DNA of 64,000 nt from Callorhinchus milii. Its lineage: Eukaryota. Position numbers and translations under genes: made by a program. The notes beneath the pieces were generated by a model. That model was not told the origin of the DNA, did not search any database, and saw only the letters and a program-made list of their open reading frames with translations. The DNA is taken from positions 66,652,001-66,716,000 of the forward strand of contig NW_024704742.1 of assembly GCF_018977255.1 (NCBI RefSeq), written 5' to 3'. Below, piece after piece: positions 24,164 through 36,769 of the stretch (positions within the stretch are counted from its first letter, which is position 1; the number at the start of each line of letters is the position of its first letter).

Positions 24164-24460
24164 CTTAACTTTATGCAATGGGAAAACATTATTTTTCTTT
24201 GTCCTCATCAATGGACGAGATAGTAATAGCTAGAGGGTAACCACAGGATACTCTGGTATTGTGCATTGATATAGATTTAGCTAGAGGGTGCAATTCACAG
24301 CCTAACCCTTGGTAATAAAATGGTGTGATTTTAATAACTTCAGCGATCAAACTTCAGCAAAATAAACTGTGAATGAAGTGACAACCAATCCATACAATGT
24401 AACCCTTTGTTATGCTGTAGGTCTATTGCTCTGTTATTGTGCTACTTTGTGATGGGGAAT

Positions 24461-24883
24461 GTTTCAGCCTGGCTCAGTTGGTAGTGCTCTCACCTCTGAA
24501 TCAGAAGATTTGTGGGTTCAGGACTTTGGGATCACAGTCTAGCCTGACACTCCAATGCAGCACTGGGGATGCGCTGCACTATTGGAAGTACCATCCTTCA
24601 GGTGAGATGTTGAATTAAGTTTCTTGTCTGCCTGTTCAGGTGGATGTTAAAGTTCCCATGGCACTATTCGAAAAGAGAAGGGAGTTTCACTCGGTGTTCC
24701 AGGCAACAATTCCCCAAATAAAATGAGTCATTCTCTTCACAGCTGCTTGGGGGACATTACTGTGTGAAAATTGACTGCAATATTCCCTTTAAAAAAAATA
24801 CATTTACTATACAGTGCATCTGTGAAGTGCTTTGAGACATGCTCCTGACGTGAAAGGGTCGATATCAAATGCAAGGATTATTA
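24461..24883 (+). mobile_element. DeuSINE (family B), full length
   Basis: TCAGCCTGGCTCAGTTGGTAGTGCTCTCACCTCTGAATCAGAAG...TGGGTTCAGG; Deu core GTGGATGTTAAAGTTCCCATGGCACTATTCGAAAAGAGAAGGGAG; tail. Confidence 0.93.
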
Positions 24884-25299
24884 AAAGGGAGAAACCCACT
24901 CACTCCCTTCCCTGAGATTTAGATTTGGGACGAGATCAGAGACCTGATGCTATCCATTTAATTATCAACAAGTGCAGTAGTATCACTTCCCCCTGCACTG
25001 GGCAGAGTTTTCCTGTCCGCAACAGTCACTTCTTTAAGGCTGAGCCTTATTGAAGCAAACGATTTTGCTCCTGCACATCCATCATCCCCTCTGCTCCAAA
25101 TTGGCAACCATGCCTTCAGCTACTATGTCCCAAAAGTATGGAACTCTCTGTCTGAATCCCTCCGCCTTTCCTGTCTTCAGATCGACCATCCTCTTTGACT
25201 GTACATGCTGTCACATTACCCTATCCTCACTCTCCCCGGCTTGGCATCAAGCTCTACCATTGTTAAGCACTCTGAGATACTATCCCGCTGACGAGAACA

Positions 25300-25782
25300 C
25301 AGCCATCCTGGGTCATCAGCAGGACATGGAAGGGCAGACCGGTTACAAAGCTCTAACAGATAGCATGGTCCTTGCTGGACCAGCTGCGGAAAAGCTTGCC
25401 AGTCAACGATATCAATGGCAGGCTTGTGGTTTTAGCTGGTTAGACTCCAGCAGTTACCCCAACACGCACTCTGGGGTCCCCAAACCTTGGCTCTTGCCAA
25501 CCTGACCTAATACTTTCCGGAATTAGGTAAACAGGATGTGTCTCCCCAGAGAGAGAGAAAGCAGATTCCATCCCAACAATCTGTCTCTGGGATTTCCATG
25601 TGTAGGTGGATGCATGGAAATCTTAGTTTGGATTGGAGGCTTGTGGTTCAAAGCACAATCGAAGAGATTTTTCCTGGTGACGAGGCCAAAGGGCTTGGTT
25701 TATGAAGGATTGGATACTCTTAAACATGGTAATGAGTTTCCACATGTGTCAGACACCAGACTGACCAAAAAAATAAAATAAA
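25300..25782 (+). mobile_element. Unclassified repeat family C, longest copy, A-rich 3' end
   Basis: ...GACTCCAGCAGTTACCCCAACACGCACTCTGGGGTCCCC...TTCCATGTGTAGGTGGATGCATGGAA...GATACTCTTAAACATGGTAATGAGTTTCCACATGTGTCAGACACCAGACTGACCAAAAAAATAAAATAAA. Confidence 0.8.
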
Positions 25783-26849
25783 TTCCGCTGTGTAGCACAA
25801 AGGGCAAGTTGTTTGTGTTGAGTTGAATCGGAAAGGGCTTTGACTAAGGAGAGTTAACTGCAGTGAGCAGGTACATCATCCAAATGCAAAAACTGCACAT
25901 CAGTCAATAACTTATTATTATTGACCAATTATTTCTCTGCCTCAATCATTGCAAGCTATTCACCTCCTGTCCCAAAAGCGTGCATTGGTCAATAACCAAT
26001 TAGTATTTTATGACAAAGTGTAAGTGGCTGTTTAGATAGAGGTTAGGAAGCACCTAGATGTAAGGGTTCTAAGATGATTTTTATGGCACCACAATCATTG
26101 AATGTTACAAACCAAGTCAATTTTTACAGCTATGTTAATGACATTTACTTAACACTTGTATTTTGATGTTAAAAAAATTCTCCATATTAGTACCCTTGGA
26201 CTGCACTGTGTGTGCATGAACCTAACATTTAATGGTTTGGAGACATAATAATCATAATAATAATAATAATGATAAAAATTATAACAATAATGCTTGCATT
26301 TGATATATTGTCTTATTGTGTCATTGCAACTTCTCAAAACACTTCGCAGGATATACTGTAAAATGTAGTAACAGTATTTTGAAAGCGAACACAGCAACCA
26401 ATTTGGGCACAATAGTGTGAATAAAAACAACGATAATTTACACTTATTGTATATAATACATTTCATGTTGAAAAACCTTTCAAAGCACTTTACAAAGACC
26501 GAAAGGGAGCCCGAGCAGAGGAGGGGGGTGGGATAGTAATAATAGTAATCCTTATATTTGATATAGCTCCTTATCAATTTGTTGAAATGTCTCAAAGCGC
26601 TTCACAGAATATACTGTAAAGTGAATTGATTGTGTATTTTGTGGATGAAACCCAGCAGCCAATTAGGATTAGCAGGTCCCACAAAAACAGTCGTGGATAG
26701 AGTGACCAGTTTTTTTTATTATAGGACCATACTGTGCGCAATATAGCTTTAAAACGCATTCATCCGCCACACTTGGCAAAAAAATACTATAAAGCTCTTT
26801 GAGACATTTTGACACGATAAAGCAGTACAAAAATGCATGGGCTTTCTTA

Positions 26850-28060
26850 TTGTTAGTTATTCCAAGACTCAGTAAAGGCTACTCGGAGTGCACCAATGAG
26901 TATGTTCCAAAAGAGCCAGGGCACCACTGCAGATTAAAAGTGGGAAATGAGAAGGTGTGTGCTGAATCTCTGTAAATTCAAATTTCTACATTACACAAGA
27001 AAGAACTCAGATTGTACATTCACCGGAGATTATTCATGGCCCTGCAAATACAGTTGAGGGTTGGATTTTGCTATATTATGCTACTTTGATTTAACATTGC
27101 TGTAGTTTAATTTGCTGCCATAATACCCACTCCTGGCAAGCAGTTATCGAAGAAAAGTAATATCTAATTTAATTTATCAGAAGGGACAGTTGGGAGAGAG
27201 AGAGAGAGAGAGAGGAGGGGAAAGGGTTTCATGAAAAGGTTAACAAGGAACCCATTCTGTTTTTTTCTGTAGAATGGGGAAGGGTATTTGCCTCAAAGGA
27301 TTATTTTATGTGTGGGGAGGATATGAGCCCCCAGTGATCAGAAGCGAGGATTGTCTCTAGGGAGAAAGGGGACTGCAAGGCAGGGTCCACAATGAGGGTT
27401 TTGTGTATGTGTGTATGACTGTCTGTGTGTGAAGTAAATTTCTGTGAGAAGTAGCAAATTAAAGCAGGAACAACAGTGGTTGATCCTGGGGCTTGTGTGT
27501 TAAGACACGTTGACCATCCCCACTCTCCCTGCCTCCTCAGTCTATTTCCAGTAGCAGGGGGGTGGGGAGTGGGGGGGAACCTCAGCCACGTCGGAACTAT
27601 GAACTCGCAACCTTGGCCCCGTCTCTTTAATCGTACGGTGACAGGGCAAGAATAATTCACAGGTCGAGCTAATCAAAGGTGAAAAGAGAGAATCAGTAAA
27701 TGTCGTATCCTTTTGCTACTTTCATCAATCCGACTAACCGAATTTGAGCTAAGGCTTGGCAAATTTTCTGGGAAGGAAATTAATATGTAACACATCTGGG
27801 TCCCCGGCGCAGGACTCTGAAATTGGAAAAGTCTGCGTGGTATCAAAGGGCGATTATTTGTAAGACAATTGTGGTCGCCTGTGTAATCAGAGGGAAACAA
27901 AACAAAACAGTGCTGCGATCTTTCATGTGATGGCAGTATGACCTAACAGGCTCAGGCTAAAGAAATCTCTTTCTCTGTGTCTTTCCAATTTTATCCGGAA
28001 AAAAACTATTCTTTGATTCATTCAAGAACAAATTAATAGATTTCTCTTAGGAAATAATAT
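26850..28060. promoter_or_regulatory. Repeat-free block with TCF/LEF, STAT and homeodomain motifs and a GA tract, candidate enhancer
   Basis: ATCAAAGG at 27672 and 27842, TTCTGGGAA at 27766, CTAATTTAATTTATCA, (GA)n at 27193-27215. Confidence 0.4.
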
Positions 28061-28319
28061 CTCGGGATATAATATATAGTTTGGGATCGACATGTCATGC
28101 GACTGCCAGGATGGTGGAAGGCGAACTGGATGGACCTTGATCTTCTTTCGCCCAGCAAATTCTTGTGCTCTTATGTTCTCTGTTGTCTGTTTCTGTGTGT
28201 CGTCTGCTCTATCTCTCTCTCTCCCATGCGATAGAGTGAATTCAATTACCAAGAACCTTTGATACATACTCCGGGCATGAAAGCAAGTGAGGGGTGGGGC
28301 GGGGGAAACAGCGGCAGAA

Positions 28320-28390
28320 GAGACACTGGAGAGAGAGAGAGACTAGAGAGATACTAGAGAGAGAGAGAGTGAGAGAGACAGAGAGAGAAG
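28320..28390. repeat. Interrupted (GA)n microsatellite
   Basis: GAGAGAGAGAGAGACTAGAGAGATACTAGAGAGAGAGAGAGTGAGAGAGACAGAGAGAGAAG. Confidence 0.85.
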
Positions 28391-29004
28391 ACAAAGAAAG
28401 CCCACATTTATTCAATAATAAGTTTCATTTGAAGGAGCTTTGAAAACAATTCTATCTCGAATTTGTCCCTGTCAGATCACATTACCCACAAATGAAGTAA
28501 ATACAAAATATCAATTCAATTTCAGTAAGAGCCCCTGAACGAAAACACACGAGGGCAGAAATTTACCGAATCATAACATCTTGAGGGGACCCCGGTGATT
28601 TCCAAAATATTTTACAGTCGGGGGTAATAAGACAGACACAGAGAGCTGAACGCTAATTCATTCAATTTCACCCTTTTCACTCACACCTGTTCCTTTATAA
28701 CATTATTTTCTACACTTCCAAATCACTGGCAATGGCAGGTTCTGACAAGATGGTCCCAGACAACCTGTCTTTTTTTTGCGAGGCGGCTGCTACAGCGTAT
28801 CTTGATAGAGGAGCTGCAGTCCGATCGACAAGACAAAGTGACGACGGCTTGGCTGACAGGTAGTTAACTCTGTGATATAGGAGTGGGTTACGTACAGGGG
28901 TCATTCAACGAAGGGTGAAAGCGAGAGGAGGGCGAGGGAGCTGGGATCTGTTGAGGTATGGTCCAAGCCTGGGTCATTTTCTTTAACTCCATGCCCCAAT
29001 CCAA

Positions 29005-29315
29005 GTGAAGTTCTGTAGCGTAGTGGTTAGAATGCTCGCTTCGTAAGTGAGAGGACCTGGGTTCAATTCCCTGGTGGGGTGAAACCTTTGGCAAGTTTCC
29101 TTACTCCACGCACCTCTGTAAGTAGGAACATGTTTATTAGTTGAATGGCGAATCGCTTTCTGGGGGTAATGATCACCACCCCTTACTACACACATCCCCC
29201 CAAAAGGAAATTGGTCACTCAATCCACCACTGTTTGTGGGATGCTGCTTTAGGCAATTGGCTGACATGCTTTGCCCACAAAATACACTTTACGATATATA
29301 TTCTGTGAAGCGTTC
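29005..29315 (+). mobile_element. tRNA/CORE-like SINE (family A)
   Basis: GTGAAGTTCTGTAGCGTAGTGGTTAGAATGCTCGCTTCGTAAGTGAGAGGACCTGGGTTCAATTCCC. Confidence 0.9.
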
Positions 29316-29877
29316 TGCTTCACCGAATATGTGACATTTGTATAGCACCTTTCACATTGGGAGGCCTGTAAAGGTGCTATACAAATATAATTTGTTGTTG
29401 CTGTTAAGTGCTCAGATGCTACCCATTTGAAGGGGCCTATATAACTGCAAGGTATTATTATAATTCAGGATGTAAACTCCACTCCACTGAGACATTCATC
29501 TTTTGCCCTTTGATCCGAGTGTCAATGAAATCCTCAAGCGGAGAGAGAATGATCTATCTGATAACAACCAGGAAAGGGGGCGACCTCTGACAATGCAGCG
29601 CTCCCCCAGCATGGCAATTGAGCGTCAGGCTAGACTATGAGTTCAAACGGCCTTGTCTTGTGCTTTGTGTTGCAAGAGCACACTATCTTTTCAGTGGTGC
29701 GTACTTATCAAGGCCAGTTATTGAGCTGCTCCTTTACATGTTGCAGAGGTGATCATTTTTTATTTCAAAAATAGCTTGATGTTGGATGGGAAGATGGTAG
29801 TGTAGCTTTTCAAGAAGAATGAGTTCAAATAGGGTCGTATTCATCTGAACCAATCTTTGCATTAGACACAGCATCTG

Positions 29878-30270
29878 CCACATTGGGAGGATGTCTCAAA
29901 GCCCTTCACAGGATTCACTGAATTGGAGTCACTTTGTACTTGTAAACAAATATGTCAACCCCATTGTGCACAGCAATATCCCACAAATAGTCATGAAATG
30001 AATGACCAATTTTATTGGGGGATTGTTGGCCAGAAAACTTGCTTCTCTTTTCAACCAGTTCCATTGGATTTTTAAGGTCCACCTGAACAAGCAGACGAGA
30101 CCTCAGATTAACATCTCATTCAAAGAACGGCATCTCCAACAATACAACATCCCCCCAGAACTGCATTGAAGTGTCATCTTAGACTATATAAGTTCGAGTC
30201 TCAACATGGGGCTTGAACCCACAAAGTTCTGACTCATAAGTAAGAGTGCTACCAGCTCAGTTAAACTGAT
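29878..30270 (-). mobile_element. DeuSINE (family B), full length
   Basis: Tail, Deu domain and head GGGGCTTGAACCCACAAAGTTCTGACTCA...AGAGTGCTACC. Confidence 0.88.
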
Positions 30271-30959
30271 TTTATGAAGCATAGATGGGGAGAAATTCTA
30301 TCTGTGTCTGGTTATAAAGGCAAGTTGTCGTTGTTGGTGTAGTTTCACTCTATTTCTTGCCATTTTGGAGCGTACAGAAGTTAAATTGTTGAATCTTACC
30401 TTTGAAGGCAAGTTTTCCTGGAAGAACTTGCTAAGAGAATAAAATAAATCTAGATTCAGGTAAATTCAATTATAATAATATCACATATTATATAGCACCT
30501 TAACACATCCTCGAGACATCTCAAAGCGCTTCACAGGATTTTAATGTGAAGTGTAGTGATTGTGTACTTGTAAGCGACTGTAGTAGCGACTATATGCACA
30601 GCAATGTCCCACTATATTCCACAAAGAGCCATGAAGTGAACGATCAATTTTATTTAAGTGCAAAGCTCCCAGGAAGAGAATGTGGAGAATATCCCACTAA
30701 CATGAAGAGTTAAGTGGCCTCAGACTCAAAATGCCATGAAGTCTCAGCCAAAGCACCATTTTGGCGTTTAAATTTAAGATGGTACAGAATTTTGGAATCT
30801 TCAAACTTAATCTTAAATTGGTCAATCACCTCCTAGTTGTTTCTGAGACATTGCTGTGTGCAAAGTGGCTGCCTCATTTCTTTACAAATACACAGTCACT
30901 GCACTCAACAGTGATAACTGAGAAGTACATTTTGACATTCTAGGAACTACATCAAAATG

Positions 30960-31240
30960 CAAAGTCCTTTGGATGAGATGCTAAATCAATGTCCCACTTG
31001 CTGTTCAGGTGAATATTAAGATCCCATGGCGTTATTTGAAAACAGAAGGAAGTTTCTCTCTCCCAGTGTCCTGGCCAACACTGGCCAACAGTGTCCCTCA
31101 AATTCATGGCTGTTTCGGCGACACTCCTGTGCACTGCCTGCATTCACCCACAAACACACAGAATCTGTTTACTGTGAAGTGCTCTGTGATATCATCATAA
31201 TGTGAAAGGCGTGATACCAAATGCAAGGGTTTTTATTAGT
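30960..31240 (+). mobile_element. DeuSINE (family B), 5'-truncated
   Basis: GTCCTTTGGATGAGATGCTAAA...TTAAGATCCCATGGC...GTGTCCTGGCCAACA; tail. Confidence 0.82.
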
Positions 31241-32159
31241 AATGTATTTTTAACGATTTTATTGTTCACAACAAGAAAGTGACACATACTGGGTCTGAAG
31301 ACATCACCATTTCACATGATTGTGGGTGACTGACACCCCCTCACACTTTGTCTCCTCTCACGACCATGCACTAATTCGCAAGTCCATGCACTAATTTGTG
31401 CAGTGACGTGATATCAATCACAAAGAGAGCAGCATTGTAAGTATCTAGAATAGCATTTTGGGGTTAGCTATTTACAAATGATAACGATTACTGGAACTAA
31501 GAGGTTCAATACATTTCTCTCAGAATTTGACAGATGACGTTTGCCTCAATATATCTTACTCAACATATCTGCTCGATATTCCCAATACATTTAGTCAATA
31601 CCTGTAGTAATACCTTTAAAGCTATACCTCCTAAATATATAAATTTGCTAATATTTTACACCACATGTCATTACGCCTGCTGATAGTTTTCAATATATTG
31701 CATTCCCATGTATTGAGTTAAATTATGGGATCACTCAGTGGTTTCGACTCAACAGTAATATCCCATAAACAGCCATGGAGTGAGTGGCCAATTTTATTTG
31801 GGGGATTGTTGGCCAGAACACTAGGAATGTTATTCCAAATCCCGATGTGGGGCTTGAACGACAACCTTCTGTCTCAGACCCAGAGTGCTACCAACAGAGC
31901 CAGAGTTACACAGAAGCAAACAACAGGGAGGAGAAAACTTGCAATACCAAATTGGTAGAATTCTGCCTGAAGTAATTCATTTGTGTTGGTGTTCTAACAG
32001 ATCCTTGCAAAGGTCTTCTACATTGAAGGGAAATGACAGGGTAAAAATTAATAGGTTATTTCCCACTGAGTCAGTAGCAAAGTCCACAGTCACGTAGACA
32101 GACAATGAATACCATTAATAGCGTGTTTAAGACCAATTAATAGCTCTTGCCAAGGTGGA

Positions 32160-32450
32160 CCAGTTCAGTAATGGGCCAAGGAGATGGAATTTAACGTAAA
32201 TAAATGGAAGAGGAAGTGTATTAGAACATGGGACTCTATACAATGGAGGGAGAAGGCAATCCATTAGGATCCGGGTGTGTTTATTGATCATTCATTGAAG
32301 GTTTCCAGTCAATGTGAAGCACTTGTCAACAAAACTAATTGGATGCTAGGTTTCATATTAAGAGCATTTGACTGTTAATCGAAAATAGTTGTTCTAACCC
32401 TGTATAGATCACTGGTGAGGCCACGTTGAGAATAACGTGACTACAATGCA
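32160..32450 (+). mobile_element. CR1 ORF2 internal fragment, degraded
   Basis: MEFNVNK...GVFIDHSLKVSSQCEALVNKTNWMLGFI...VLTLYRSLVRP. Confidence 0.8.
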
Positions 32451-32589
32451 CTGAAGAGAGCTCGGAGCAAAGCAACACAAAGTTTTTAAAGTTTATCCAA
32501 CAGACTGTCATCTCCGACTGTGCATTGCTCCCCCAGTATTGCACTGGAGTGTCGCCCTGGACTGTGAGCTCAATGTCCCAACATGGACT

Positions 32590-32915
32590 TGCTCCTCCCT
32601 ACCTCTGTGACCCCATGTGCTAACCAGTCTGTCTACTCCTTCTGCTCGACGGACTCTGGTCTGCTCCACTCCCCGCTCTGCCCGCCCCAACATTGGAGGT
32701 CGGGCCTTCAGACTCTCTGACCCCACCCTCTGAAACTCCATCCCAGAGCTCCTATGCTTCGTCCCCTCCTTTGCCTTCTTCAAGGCACATCTCAAGACCT
32801 TCCTCTTCGACCGAGCCACCCACCCTTCTGATCCTAACCCCCCAGCTTGGGTGCAAATCGTTGACTCATCCTCCCTACGAGAAAGGCGCTATATAAATGT
32901 AATTTGTTGTTGTTG
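32590..32915 (+). mobile_element. L2 LINE 3' fragment
   Basis: ATTGGAGGTCGGGCCTTCAG (IGGRAF)...TTCAAGGCACATCTCAAGACCTTCCTCTTC (FKAHLKTFLF)...GAAAGGCGCTATATAAATGTAATTTGTTGTTGTTG. Confidence 0.88.
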
Positions 32916-33309
32916 ACCGAGTGGCAAGTCACTGGTTGTCAAAAAAAAACATCTTAAGGGGCTTGACTCCCCCTCTCCTCTGTTGGCAATCCATTATTTG
33001 CTTCATTACATGACTGCAGGGATTCACACTGTACGGGACTGTAGCTCTATAACTGGCTCTGCTCAGCACAGCAAAACTACATTGGACACATGCAGCTATC
33101 AAAAATGGTTTTGTATTGAACGGAATACTGCGCGAGAGAGCTCCGCAGCACCTCAGAATTATTTTAAATTCATGGATTAGTGCAAATGAACAAAAAATGC
33201 AGTTGCAAAACAAGCTTATCAATGGCATTCAGCCAGTGAATGGAAAACTGGTTCCCTTGCAATATTTAACAGCTGCGTACCTATTAAGGGCCTAAAATTT
33301 CACTTAGTT

Positions 33310-33598
33310 TGTAGCGTGGAGCACTCGCCTCGCAAGCGAGAGGAACCGGGTTTGATTCCCGACTGAGGTGAAACCCTAGACAAGTTTCCCGTTGTTAGTC
33401 GATTAGTAGATCCTTTTTCCAGGGGTAATAATTCCTTAAAAATAAATAATAATAAAAATTGGTTACTCGATCCATGACTGTTTATGGGACACTGCTTTGT
33501 GCAATTGACTGCCGTGCTTTGCCCACAAAATATACAGCGAATTCACTTTACAGTATATTCTGTGAAATCCATTGAGCCATCTTGATGAGGCGATAATA
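33310..33598 (+). mobile_element. tRNA/CORE-like SINE (family A)
   Basis: GAGCACTCGCCTCGCAAGCGAGAGGAACCGGGTTTGATTCCC...TTAGTCGATTAGTAGATC...tail. Confidence 0.85.
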
Positions 33599-34009
33599 AC
33601 AACAAAATTACATTTGTATAGCATCTTTCACATTGGGAGGACATCCCAAGGCACTATATCAAATAAACAACAACAACAAAATTACATTTAAAAATGAAGT
33701 ATTAGTAGTAGTTTTAACCCCTAAGACTTTTTTTTCTTAACATGCAAGATTGTATAGGATTGTAAATTTCAAACTCCATGTTAGTTGGAAATAGGTTTTG
33801 TTTTTAGGATCTGTGGGAAAAAAGGTGTATGGAATAAAGACTGAATGCATGAATTTTTCCACAGTTCTGAACAATCTGCATGAAATGTCTCACAGGGTCA
33901 GGCTGGTTGGAATTTCAGGCCTCTTGTCTCCTTATTGCTCTGTCTAAACCTCTGTCCAATGCAAATAGCAAAACAAAGTATTGGCTGTAAAAGTAATAAA
34001 GGATATGAT

Positions 34010-35040
34010 AATAATAATAATAATTATCTTTGCATTTGTGATATAGTACCTTATCACATCGTCAAATGTCTCAAAGCCCTTCCAAAGATTTATTGCAAAA
34101 TGTAATCACTGTTTTGTAGGTGAATGCAGCAGCCAATTGTGCACAGCAATGTCCTACCAACAGCTATAAAATGAAACACAAAATAGTCAATCTAGGGAAT
34201 TGGGGCACTAAGAGAAACTACCTTCTCTTTTTGAGTAGTTCCATGGGATCTTTAACATCTATCTGGAAGGGGAGACATATTTAAGAACTCCACGTCCGCT
34301 CATGCAGCGCTCTCTCAGTAGTGCATCAGCCTGGACTGTGAGCCCTAGATGAGTCCATTACAACAACAATTTACATTTATACAGCACCTATCACATTGGG
34401 AGGGTGTCTCAAAGTGGTTCACACCGTTAATTGGGAGCCCGACCTGGGGGAGGAGGGAAAATGTGAGCGAAAGCACAATTGTAAAGAAAAGTCTTAAGGC
34501 GGGCTTTAAAGATGGCAAAGGAGGGGATCTTGGAATAACATTTTATCCGAAGGTTGGCACTTCCCACAATGTACCATTCCCCCAGTACTGAATTGGAGTG
34601 TCCGCCTAGACTTGGAGTTCGAAGTATTAATGTGGCGCTTGAACAACCTTCTGAATCAGAGGTGAAAGTACTACCAACTGAGCCTGCCTGACATCAAATA
34701 AGTACAGTGTTAAGCTATTGCTCTGGAAGAGCGTGGTATTGTTGGAGGTCCTCCAGATAATACATTAAACATTAAACTTTAAACATTAAGGCTTTGTCTG
34801 TATCCCATGACACTATCCAAAGAGAGAAGGGAATTTTTTCTTCCGTTGTCCTGGCCCATAATGTCCCAAATGAATTGATAATTCATTTCATGGCTATTTG
34901 TGGGATAATTCTCTGCTCAAGTTAGCTGCCACATTCACTTACACTGCGTTCACAGTCACTACATTTCACAGTAAATCCTGTGAAGTGTTTTGAGATGTTT
35001 CAACATCATAAGGTGCTGTAAAAAAAACAGTGATTATTAT
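34010..35040. mobile_element. Cluster of DeuSINE fragments (both strands) with an L2 tail
   Basis: Minus DeuSINE 34010-34350, L2 tail 34358-34525, minus head 34540-34693, plus Deu/tail 34700-35040. Confidence 0.75.
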
Positions 35041-35061
35041 CGAAACCTCTCATTGACAAGG

Positions 35062-35421
35062 GTGGAGTCCTGTAGCTCAATGGTTAGAGCACTCGCTTTG
35101 CAAGTGAGAGACCTGAGTTCAATTCCAGGCAGAGGGCGAAACCTTGGGCAAGTTTCCTTACTCCACACACCTAATAATAATCCCTCCAAAAACCCCAAAA
35201 AAACAATAATAAAAATTGGTCATTTTCAATCTACGACTGTTTGTGGGACATTGCTGTGCGCAATTGGCTGCCGCGTTCGCCCACAAATATACAGTCAGTT
35301 CACTTTACAGTGTGTTCTGCGAAGCGCTTTGGGACGTCCTCCCGAAGTGAAAAGAGCTATATCAAATGCAAGGATTATTATTATTATTATGATGATGATG
35401 ATGATGATTATTATTATTATT
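35062..35421 (+). mobile_element. tRNA/CORE-like SINE (family A), deleted subfamily, well preserved
   Basis: GTGGAGTCCTGTAGCTCAATGGTTAGAGCACTCGCTTTGCAAGTGAGAGACCTGAGTTCAATTCC; (ATT/GAT)n tail; flanking AAGGG(T) duplicated. Confidence 0.93.
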
Positions 35422-36026
35422 AAGGGTTGGTATGCACTGCTGTATGCATTATTCTGCTGGCTTGAGTAGCCAGAATTCATGTTAGCATTTTCAGTGGTGC
35501 TCTAGAGAATGATTTCTGGTTCAATGCAGGATTGATAACATGTTGTGGTGTGAACAGAGCTGCCGTAGGGTCGAGATCCAAACTCTCCGCACCCGAGCTA
35601 CGGCTTTGACTTGGAGTCCGGGAGCAGGGAGGACAGTGCATTTTGTGAAGAATTCAAACCGTTGGGATGAGAGGGCTGCGGGGGGAACGTCCACTTTAAA
35701 TGCGGCAGATTCCTCTTAATTGGGACATTCTGTTCACTAGCAAACTGTTCCCTTCAATCAATGCTTCTATTAAGCAAAGATCATTAAAAGTACAGTGCAT
35801 GTACTGATCCTCATTAGCAGTAACACGCGTGGTATTAAGTACCTGGAAACTGATGCAATTAACCCATGCTCCACATCACACTTATACTATACCCTTTATT
35901 TTATTTACTAATCTTGGGGCATGCGTTATGCTGGTGAGACCAGGTTTATTGCCCATTCCTGGTTGCTCAGCGAAGGTTGGTCGTGAGACCTTCTCTATAA
36001 ACCGCTGCAATCGTTAGTTTCTTCTA

Positions 36027-36480
36027 CTTTTTTGGTCAGCCAGGTGTCTGACACATGTAGCAACTAAACACAGTGCTTAAGTGTATCTAAACCGGACTGA
36101 GAGTTCCATGTACACCACCTACACATGGAAATTCCCATGTCTGGAAAGGAATGCATGCTCTTGGCTCTCATGGACACACCCAATTTAACTAGTTCTGGAG
36201 AGTATTCTAATATATAATAACAATAATCCTTGCATTTGATATAGCGCCTTATCGTGTTCTTGAGAAGTCTAAAAGCGCTTCACAGAATATACCATAAAGT
36301 GTAGTGACTGTATTTTGTGGGCACAGGTCGGCAAGAATCAAGACTTGGGGACCTCAGAGTGTGCGTTGGACTGGGTAAAACTGGATAGCTAGCATTGAAA
36401 GCACTTGTGGCAATAGTGCTTCCGTCATTGGACTCATTAGGAAGTTCCAGACGTCTGACCCAGTGAGGAAGAAGGAATAA
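36027..36480 (-). mobile_element. Unclassified repeat family C, split by a SINE tail (about 36215-36320)
   Basis: TTTTTTGGTCAGCCAGGTGTCTGACACATG...TTCCATGTACACCACCTACACATGGAA; resumes as GGTCGGCAAGAATCAAGACTTGGGGACCTCAGAGTGTGCGTTGG. Confidence 0.78.
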
Positions 36481-36769
36481 CCATATGGTTTGGGAGCAAT
36501 CTGGTTTTGAAATTACACCTGCAAACAAATCATCAGAACCCAATTTGAGTTTTTTTTTAAAAATCCCAAAATGTAATCTTTCATTGTCTGAGCCAGTGGG
36601 GGGAGGGAGCACCGTATTGTCAGGCATGCCTTCCTTTGGATGAGAGGTCAAACAAGTCACATCTGCCTGATCCAGCTGGATGATCCCACGATACTATTCA
36701 AAAAGGGAAGAGAATTTCACCTGACGTCCTGGCCAACAATGCTCCAGATAAACTGATCAGCTTGATCTT

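Noticed and set aside
25050..25505. 151-aa ORF
   Set aside because: Spans a decayed L2 fragment and the family C repeat; the frame is not evidently kept in other family C copies and no domain is recognisable
31364..31400. CCATGCACTAATT repeated 20 bp apart
   Set aside because: Simple short tandem duplication; no further structure
34990..35469. 159-aa ORF with poly-I/poly-M
   Set aside because: Chance read-through of a SINE and its (ATT/GAT)n tail
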